This document shows, in pieces, positions 57,341 through 64,000 of a DNA stretch of 64,000 nt. The notes beneath the pieces are model-generated. The model made no database searches, was not told the DNA's origin, and worked only from the letters and a program-made list of their open reading frames with translations. Made by a program: the position numbers and the translations under genes. Numbering within the stretch: position 1 is the first letter of the stretch; each line of letters starts with the position of its first letter. Where the stretch lies: positions 26,315-90,314 of the forward strand of contig LBPF01000001.1 in NCBI GenBank assembly GCA_000990005.1, written 5' to 3'. Source of the DNA: Candidatus Woesebacteria bacterium GW2011_GWB1_33_38. GTDB taxonomy: Bacteria; Patescibacteriota; Microgenomatia; UBA8517.

Positions 57341-58332
57341 CTCAAAAATCTAAGTTTATTCTTTATACATCCACAAATGGTGATGTTAAGCTTGATGTTT
57401 ATGTCCAAAATGAAACTTTATGGCTAACTCAAAAAATGATAGCTCAGTTGTTCAGTGTGGAAGTTCCCGCCATTAGTAAACATCTAGCCAATATTTTTGA
57501 AAGTGGCGAATTGAATGAAAAGTCAGTTATTTCCATTTTGGAAACAACTGCAAATGATAATAAAATATACAAAACGAGATTTTACAATCTCGATGCAATT
57601 ATTGCTGTTGGTTATAGAGTTAATTCGCAACGAGCTACTCAATTTCGCATTTGGGCTACCCAGATACTCCGAGAATATATTATTAAAGGATTTGTGTTAA
57701 ATGATAACCGACTTAAACAAGGGTCGAAAGTTTTTGGACAAGATTACTTCAGAGATTTATTAGAAAGGGTTCGTTCGATTCGTGCCAGTGAACGTAGAAT
57801 TTATCAACAAATAACTGATATTTTTGCTGAATGTAGTGTTGATTATAATCCACAGTCTCAAATAACTAAAGTTTTTTTTGCAAGCATTCAAAATAAATTT
57901 CACTATGCAATTACTGGTCACACAGCTGCGGAGTTAATAAGTGATCGATCGGATCATAAAATGCCTTATATGGGACTTACTACTTGGAAAAACGCTCCAG
58001 ATGGCAGAATATTATCATTAGATGTAGTAATTGCCAAAAATTATTTGTCTGAAAAACAAATTAAAAGACTCGAACGTTCGATCTCTGGCTTTTTTGATTA
58101 TATTGAGAATTTAATTGAAAACCAGCAGACTTTTGACATGATAGAGTTTGCTGAAAGTGTTAATAATTTTTTAACTTTTAATAAATACAATGTTTTAAAA
58201 GGTAAAGGAAGAGTTTCAAAGGAAAAAGCCGACAAGAAAGCATTAGAAGAATATGAAGAATTTAATAAAACTCAGCCAATCGAATCCGACTTTGACAAAG
58301 TTATTAAAAGGTTGATTAAAGAAGGAGGATAA
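57325..58332 (+). CDS. RhuM family protein
   Basis: ETLWLTQKMIAQLF, YNLDAIIAVGYRVNSQRATQFRIWAT, IRASERR. Confidence 0.92.
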   Translation: MANKVTQKSKFILYTSTNGDVKLDVYVQNETLWLTQKMIAQLFSVEVPAISKHLANIFESGELNEKSVISILETTANDNKIYKTRFYNLDAIIAVGYRVNSQRATQFRIWATQILREYIIKGFVLNDNRLKQGSKVFGQDYFRDLLERVRSIRASERRIYQQITDIFAECSVDYNPQSQITKVFFASIQNKFHYAITGHTAAELISDRSDHKMPYMGLTTWKNAPDGRILSLDVVIAKNYLSEKQIKRLERSISGFFDYIENLIENQQTFDMIEFAESVNNFLTFNKYNVLKGKGRVSKEKADKKALEEYEEFNKTQPIESDFDKVIKRLIKEGG

Positions 58333-58333
58333 A

Positions 58334-60160
58334 TTATATTTTCCAAATTATGACCTCTGAATTTTCAAAAAATTTTGATAGACCAAGTAATTCTGGATTG
58401 ACTTTCGGTGCAACTACTTTAGGGTAATAAAGAATACTGGCATTGGTAGACTTTAGAGCCTCACTAATCTTGGTAGCATCTAAGTTGTCAAAAATTATCT
58501 TCTTTGTTTCAAGACGTGATTTATAATCATAACCCATGATATCTACTTGCTCGTAATCGTCAAAGTATGTTCTTCTTGAAGTTAGTGCAGAAACATACGA
58601 TGTATCAAACCAGTCCCAAATATCAGGAACTGGTTTTTTTAAATTCAGATACTCGTTATAAGGTGGAGTTAATATAACATCATTTATACTAGTATTCTCT
58701 TTTATAAAATTAAGAGCATCTAGTTCTGCCTTACTAACTTTAGTAAATGGTTGTCTTAGGTGATTTTCAGAGATGTAAAATTCCTTAAACAACTTTACTT
58801 GTGTTGGAATCATTAGAGCGAAAATAACAGGAAACAGAAAATAAGAAAAAGTCTTAGGAATTTTTGAAATCGCAATTCCTGATAGTATTCCAAATAATAA
58901 AATAAAGTATTGTAGAAATTGTGCAGTATTACTGGCAACACCTTTTTGAAGAAATAATAATGGTAATACCAATGATAAAACTATTGATACTTTAAATATT
59001 GTATTAGTTCTTATGAATTCCCATAGGCCCAAAAATCTCATTCCAAGATTTCCGAAAAAGAAAATCAAAAAGCCCATTCCTTCAAGCCAAATAACTCTTT
59101 TTAAGTTATGCTCGTAAATATATGTTTGGCGTCTTAACTCCCAATCCAGCAGGTTTAGTCTTGACGGTTCAACAATCATGGTTCGTATATACCACCATGG
59201 TTCATAAATTAAAAATGATCCAGAGTTTGATGAATTAGGTAAATATAAAGCCAAGGCAATAATTCCGCTAAACAATGTAAGTATGAATAATCTGAGGTCT
59301 TTCTTAAATATTAAATTCCAAGTACCAATTAAACCTAAAGTTAATAAAATAATTACTCCAGCATAAATTTTGAATGCAGAAATTGTCCCAAGTAAAATAA
59401 GTGAGATAAAAAAGTATAATTTTTGTTTTGACTTGTCACTATTTTGTAAAAATGTTAAGACAAAATAAATAGCAGTTAAAAATAAAAAGTTAGAAACTAT
59501 TTGTGGTGGGTTGCCACTTGAGCTTTGTATTTGAGTTGCCCAAAAAACACTTTCTCCTTTACCTATTAAATATCCAAAACTTCCTGCAAAATATGTAAAA
59601 ATTACAGCCCAAATTGGTGCGTTTGAGTTTGTTGTAATTTTTTTAGTTAAGAAATAGACTGAAATACCTAACCAGAAGGAATAAATAGCAGGGAATATTC
59701 TGAAGTAGAGATTCAAATCTGAAATTCCGGTATATTTACTTATCATTGCTGGCAAAATATCAGAGAAGAAGTGATAATTGGTTAGTTTAGTTTCTGAAAA
59801 GATTGGGTTTTGGAAAAGCCAGCCCTTCTTAATCTCTTCCATTAGAGCCATATGCCATGTTCCATCGTGGCCATGAGCGCTCCAAAAGATTAAATCACCA
59901 TTTTGGTAGATCCCGCTTGGAGCAATAACTGCTAGTTGGCCAATAATTCCGATCAAAAATACCAAAAGAACTATAAATGTTTGAAGATTCCAGACTATTT
60001 TTACATTTTTAATATGGGAGTAAAAACGTTTAAATCCCCAGATACATAAAAAAACAACAATTGGTATGATTATATAAGGAATATTTAGTACAATTAAGAT
60101 ATATGATAGGAAGGTTAATAGGGCGAATACAAAAATTGATCCCATCAGTAAAGTTTCCAT
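58334..60160 (-). CDS. Multi-TM GT-C-like protein (paralog of 40259-41914)
   Basis: FWSAHGHDGTWH, NYH, GNPP, KIY, SNTAQF. Confidence 0.75.
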   Translation of the reverse strand: METLLMGSIFVFALLTFLSYILIVLNIPYIIIPIVVFLCIWGFKRFYSHIKNVKIVWNLQTFIVLLVFLIGIIGQLAVIAPSGIYQNGDLIFWSAHGHDGTWHMALMEEIKKGWLFQNPIFSETKLTNYHFFSDILPAMISKYTGISDLNLYFRIFPAIYSFWLGISVYFLTKKITTNSNAPIWAVIFTYFAGSFGYLIGKGESVFWATQIQSSSGNPPQIVSNFLFLTAIYFVLTFLQNSDKSKQKLYFFISLILLGTISAFKIYAGVIILLTLGLIGTWNLIFKKDLRLFILTLFSGIIALALYLPNSSNSGSFLIYEPWWYIRTMIVEPSRLNLLDWELRRQTYIYEHNLKRVIWLEGMGFLIFFFGNLGMRFLGLWEFIRTNTIFKVSIVLSLVLPLLFLQKGVASNTAQFLQYFILLFGILSGIAISKIPKTFSYFLFPVIFALMIPTQVKLFKEFYISENHLRQPFTKVSKAELDALNFIKENTSINDVILTPPYNEYLNLKKPVPDIWDWFDTSYVSALTSRRTYFDDYEQVDIMGYDYKSRLETKKIIFDNLDATKISEALKSTNASILYYPKVVAPKVNPELLGLSKFFENSEVIIWKI

Positions 60161-61572
60161 TACTTACAAATTATATACTAATTGCCATACTTCTATTAGG
60201 CTTTGCAATTCGAGCCTATAAGATAAATTCAATGCCCTTGTATGGGGATGAACTTACCATTGTTTATGATTCATACTCGCTTCTTTTGACAGGAAAAGAT
60301 CAAACAGGCGAAGCCTTCCCTCTAACATTTAAAATGGGTGTAGGTAGGCCTGCTGGATATGTCTATGGCAGTGTACCTTTTGTAGCCATCTTTGGGCCCA
60401 GTGTTTGGGGGGTAAGGGGATTATCTTTTGTATCGGGTCTTGGAATTATTGTTTTAATGTACTTCCTGGGTAAAAAGTTATTCAGTGAAAAGGTCGGACT
60501 TATTGCAAGTTTTTTAACTGCCATATCTATGTGGGATATATATCTCTCCCGAGCAGGATTTGAGGCTCATTTTGCGTTATTTCTTGCTCTTTTTGGGGTA
60601 GTTATGTTTTTATATAAAAAGTATATTCCCATGGCTCTTGGCATTGGTCTGGCTATTTTTACCTATCCAACATTTAAATTAACTCTGCCATTACTGCTTT
60701 TAATTTTAGTCATATATACTAATTTTAAAGAAATAATTAAAAGCAAATTATTTATAATCGCCTTAATTATTTTGACATTATTCGCAGCTTTATCTATTAG
60801 AGAAACATTAAAAGGCGTTTCAGAAGAAAGATTTTTAAGATTAAATGTTTTATCTGATTCTAATTTGAGAGAAGAGATTACTCAAAAGATAAATGAAGAA
60901 AGAACATTATCAACCTTACCTAAAATTATTAAGCCGTTGGTTTATAACAAGCCTTTAAAGTATGTAAGAGTGTTATTTGAAGGTTATATGGAAAACCTCT
61001 CACCCGAATTTCTTTTTTTAAGAGGGGATAGAAATCCAAGGCATAATCCTGGCGAGTGGGGAATGTTATACATAATTGAATTACTAGTTTTACTTTTTGG
61101 TTTATATCAGCTTAAAAAGAATAGTCCAAAAGACTTATATTTATTATTAACTTGGATATTAATAGTTCCCCTGGCTACAATGTTTTTGGGACAAACTCAT
61201 GCTCTTCGTAATAATTTAATGATTCCACCATTTATATTAATTTCTGCTTACGCGCTAGATTGCGTTTCGAAGAAAATGCGATTTATTATATTTACCATGA
61301 TGTGTGTTCAACTTATTGCAGTGCTTGTAACTATTTATTATTATGCACCAAATAAGTTTGGTAGTTTCTGGTCGCTTGAGGCCAAAAATGCATCACTAAA
61401 AGCAATAAAAGAAAGTCAAGATCACGAGATTATGCTATCAACTGATATAGACAATATTGAATACGCCTATCCAGTTTATGCTAAGGTTGACCCAAGACTT
61501 GTAATATCACAATATCAAAAATGGCCAAAAATATATGGCAATGTAACAATTACTGATCAAAATGAAAAGTAA
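60103..61572 (+). CDS. GT-C ArnT/PMT-family glycosyltransferase
   Basis: LYGDE..YDSYSLLLTGKDQTG, LSRAGFE, FLFLRGD. Confidence 0.85.
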   Translation: MIGRLIGRIQKLIPSVKFPLLTNYILIAILLLGFAIRAYKINSMPLYGDELTIVYDSYSLLLTGKDQTGEAFPLTFKMGVGRPAGYVYGSVPFVAIFGPSVWGVRGLSFVSGLGIIVLMYFLGKKLFSEKVGLIASFLTAISMWDIYLSRAGFEAHFALFLALFGVVMFLYKKYIPMALGIGLAIFTYPTFKLTLPLLLLILVIYTNFKEIIKSKLFIIALIILTLFAALSIRETLKGVSEERFLRLNVLSDSNLREEITQKINEERTLSTLPKIIKPLVYNKPLKYVRVLFEGYMENLSPEFLFLRGDRNPRHNPGEWGMLYIIELLVLLFGLYQLKKNSPKDLYLLLTWILIVPLATMFLGQTHALRNNLMIPPFILISAYALDCVSKKMRFIIFTMMCVQLIAVLVTIYYYAPNKFGSFWSLEAKNASLKAIKESQDHEIMLSTDIDNIEYAYPVYAKVDPRLVISQYQKWPKIYGNVTITDQNEK

Positions 61573-63196
61573 ATTAATATTAATATTAGCCCTCGCATTT
61601 TTTTTAAGATTTTACAAAATTACTTCAATTCCTCCATCCTTAAATTGGGATGAGACCTCAATTGCTTATAATGCATATTCAATTTTAAAGACGGGGAGAG
61701 ATGAATGGGGACAGTTTATGCCTGTTCACTTTAAATCATTTGGAGAGTATAAACTACCTGCTCAAATATATGCATCAATTCCGGGAGTTGCCATCTTTGG
61801 ACTAAACGAGTTTGGGGTTCGCATCACCCCTGTTGTTTATGGAACTTTAACAATATTTCTTTTATATCTTTTAGCGCAGGAACTGTACAGAAAAAGATAT
61901 ATTTCTTTAATTTCGGCATTTCTTTTAGCTGTTTCTCCTTGGCACATTCAACTTACTCGCGCTTCATTTGAATCATCATTCTCTTTATTTTGGTTTTTGC
62001 TGGCCTTACTGTTTTTAGTTAAAGGTTTAAAAGAAAAAAAATGGATTATTGTTTCAATGGTTCCGTTTGTAATTTCGGTCTATACTTACAACACAGCAAG
62101 AATTTTTACACCATTGTTCTTGTTTGTTTTTTATCTATTAAATTTTAATTTTTTCTTGAAGAATCTTAAATATTTAGCATTTAGCTTTTTAGCATTTATA
62201 TTTTTAACTTCGCCCATTATACCTTTTGTTCTTTCGGGAGATGCCTCTGCACGCTATAAGTTAGTTAGTATTACAAATGATAAAGGACTAATCCCTAGAA
62301 TTGAAGAAAGAAGAAATTTATCAAAATTATCACCTATTTTTACAAAATTAATTCATAACAGATATACATATAACACATATTATTTTAGTCAAAACTATCT
62401 TGCCCACTTTAGTCCAAGTTTTTTATTTCTTAAAGGTGCTGGTCATCACCAACATCATGTTCAAGGTGTTGGTGAGCTATATTGGTTCCAAGCCCCATTT
62501 TTATTGTTTGGTATTTTTGTACTGTTAAAAAAGAAAGATCTTAGTTTAAAAATATTACTGCCATGGTTACTGTTATCGTTTGTGCCTGTTTCTATGACCA
62601 ATGATAGTATTCCCAATGCACTTCGCACCTTAATTGCTGCCCCTGTTTATCAGATTTTTACTGCAGTTGGTATATATGAATTCATACAAAAGACTAAAGA
62701 CCAAAGACTAAAGACTGCAATAATCGCGACAACAGTTGCTCTATTTATAATTAACTTTTGTATATTTGCAACTAATCTCTATACCCTATACCCTATACGC
62801 TATTCTCGAGACTGGCAATATGGGAACAAACAGGTTGTTGAATATATAAAGGATCATATGGATGAGTACAGTTTAATTGTTTTTACAAGACACTATGGAG
62901 AACCACACATTTTTACACTTTTCTATTTAAAATATGATCCAGCCAGATTTCAGAACAGTTATAATTTAGAGAGGTTTGAAACTTTTGATTGGGTAAGAGT
63001 ACTAAGATTTGATAGATTTTATTTTCCTGACCTAGGGGATGAAGGTACAAAATATCAAGATGTCATTAAGGCAAATAAAGGCAAAAAAATATTATTTATT
63101 GGAAAACCTGGTGATTTCCCACCTGAGGCCAAAATACTTGAAAAAATTTATTTCCTAAACGGTGAACCAGCATTCGAAATAACAAATAATCTATGA
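61562..63196 (+). CDS. GT-C ArnT/PMT-family glycosyltransferase
   Basis: LNWDETSIAYNAYSILKTGRDEWG, SPWHIQLTRASFE. Confidence 0.88.
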   Translation: MKSKLILILALAFFLRFYKITSIPPSLNWDETSIAYNAYSILKTGRDEWGQFMPVHFKSFGEYKLPAQIYASIPGVAIFGLNEFGVRITPVVYGTLTIFLLYLLAQELYRKRYISLISAFLLAVSPWHIQLTRASFESSFSLFWFLLALLFLVKGLKEKKWIIVSMVPFVISVYTYNTARIFTPLFLFVFYLLNFNFFLKNLKYLAFSFLAFIFLTSPIIPFVLSGDASARYKLVSITNDKGLIPRIEERRNLSKLSPIFTKLIHNRYTYNTYYFSQNYLAHFSPSFLFLKGAGHHQHHVQGVGELYWFQAPFLLFGIFVLLKKKDLSLKILLPWLLLSFVPVSMTNDSIPNALRTLIAAPVYQIFTAVGIYEFIQKTKDQRLKTAIIATTVALFIINFCIFATNLYTLYPIRYSRDWQYGNKQVVEYIKDHMDEYSLIVFTRHYGEPHIFTLFYLKYDPARFQNSYNLERFETFDWVRVLRFDRFYFPDLGDEGTKYQDVIKANKGKKILFIGKPGDFPPEAKILEKIYFLNGEPAFEITNNL

Positions 63197-63852
63197 AAAT
63201 ATATAATAAATTATTTTTAGCATCGTTTACTGCATATGTAGTCGATGATCTAGTTAAATTTATTAACATATTACCGAAAAAGGTTTCTATTGCTTTTATT
63301 TCGACCGCAGCTGATCCATATCAAGACAAATGGTTTGTCGAAAAAGATAAAGAAGCCTTACTAAATAAAGGATTTAAAATAACCGATGTTGATATTAAGA
63401 ATAAAAAAGAAAAAGTGTTATATAAATTGCTTGTAAATTTTGATTTGATATTTGTATCTGGTGGAAATGCATTTTATTTATTAGAAAAGTCTCTAGAAAG
63501 CGGTTTTGATAAAGTAATTAAAAAATTGTTGCGAAAAGGTTTGATTTATGTTGGGAGTAGTGCAGGATCAGCAATAGTTGGTCCATCGTTGGAAGCGGTA
63601 ATAACTTTAGATGATCCAAAACTAGGACCGAATCTAAAGAACTATAACGGATTTGGTATTGTAGATTTTACAATACTGCCTCATTATGGTGATCCGAAGT
63701 ACGAAGGTCGATATAAGAAGATTGTTGGCGATTTTACCAATTCTAAATATAAAGTTATTCCACTTACAAATCAACAAGCAATTCAAGTAGTAGGCGATGA
63801 TTACAAAATTATAGAGTCAAAGCAAACAAGTACTGCTGTACTAGTACAATGA
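63193..63852 (+). CDS. Peptidase S51 (peptidase E / class I glutamine amidotransferase-like)
   Basis: VSGGN, YVGSSAG, ILPHY. Confidence 0.88.
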   Translation: MKIYNKLFLASFTAYVVDDLVKFINILPKKVSIAFISTAADPYQDKWFVEKDKEALLNKGFKITDVDIKNKKEKVLYKLLVNFDLIFVSGGNAFYLLEKSLESGFDKVIKKLLRKGLIYVGSSAGSAIVGPSLEAVITLDDPKLGPNLKNYNGFGIVDFTILPHYGDPKYEGRYKKIVGDFTNSKYKVIPLTNQQAIQVVGDDYKIIESKQTSTAVLVQ

Positions 63853-63856
63853 TACA
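63829..63856. repeat. Degenerate 28-bp palindrome, type B
   Basis: AGTACTGCTGT-ACTAGT-ACAATGATACA, 23/28 identical to 32232-32259. Confidence 0.75.
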
Positions 63857-63859
63857 AAT

Positions 63860-64000
63860 ATGAATAAAATAATTAGGTTTATTAAAAATAATTTTGTATT
63901 GATATTGATATGTTTTCTTTTTTTAGGAACGAGACTTTTTAGAATTAGTGAAATACCCTCTTCAGTTTACTGGGATGAGGCATCAATTGGTTACAACGCC
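63860..64000 (+). CDS. GT-C ArnT/PMT-family glycosyltransferase, N-terminus (runs off window)
   Basis: TRLFRISEIPSSVYWDEASIGYNA, similar to the 61562 paralog. Confidence 0.8.
   Translation, partial: MNKIIRFIKNNFVLILICFLFLGTRLFRISEIPSSVYWDEASIGYNA

Noticed and set aside
1582-63856. 28-bp palindromes read as CRISPR repeats or integron attC sites
   Set aside because: Dispersed rather than regularly spaced, no cas or intI gene, and no RYYYAAC/GTTRRRY ends
1-64000. tRNA, rRNA, transposase, integrase or prophage genes
   Set aside because: None recognised by eye; intergenic gaps are short, but a covariance-model scan would be needed to exclude small RNA genes

Overview
AT-rich, densely coding bacterial DNA with many overlapping start/stop codons and few Shine-Dalgarno sites. 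Gene content (TrpR/YerC-like regulator, sortase, many GT-C glycosyltransferases) suggests a Patescibacteria/CPR genome, probably Microgenomates-like; this is an inference. Layout: (1) ftsX end plus a coiled-coil protein with a circularly permuted M23 domain, a TrpR-like gene and galE; (2) a 4.5-12.6 kb surface-structure locus with an unannotated DUF2292/YezD-like microprotein, three secreted Asn/Gly/Thr repeat paralogs, a sortase and a CAP protein, where two repeat-gene leaders share a 23-nt RNA motif with compensatory base changes; (3) galU-rmlB(+Nudix-like)...rmlC-rmlD, split by a 5.5-kb accessory island (micropeptides, HEPN/MNT pair, DUF3800 gene with a candidate ncRNA, MFS); (4) trmD; (5) a >40-kb glycosylation region (about 16 GT-C, 8 GT2, 1 GT4, a flippase, a methyltransferase) interspersed with accessory genes. 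Six related 28-bp palindromes lie at gene junctions. I saw no rRNA, tRNA, CRISPR array, transposase or integrase. All family calls come from motif recognition by eye, not database searches.
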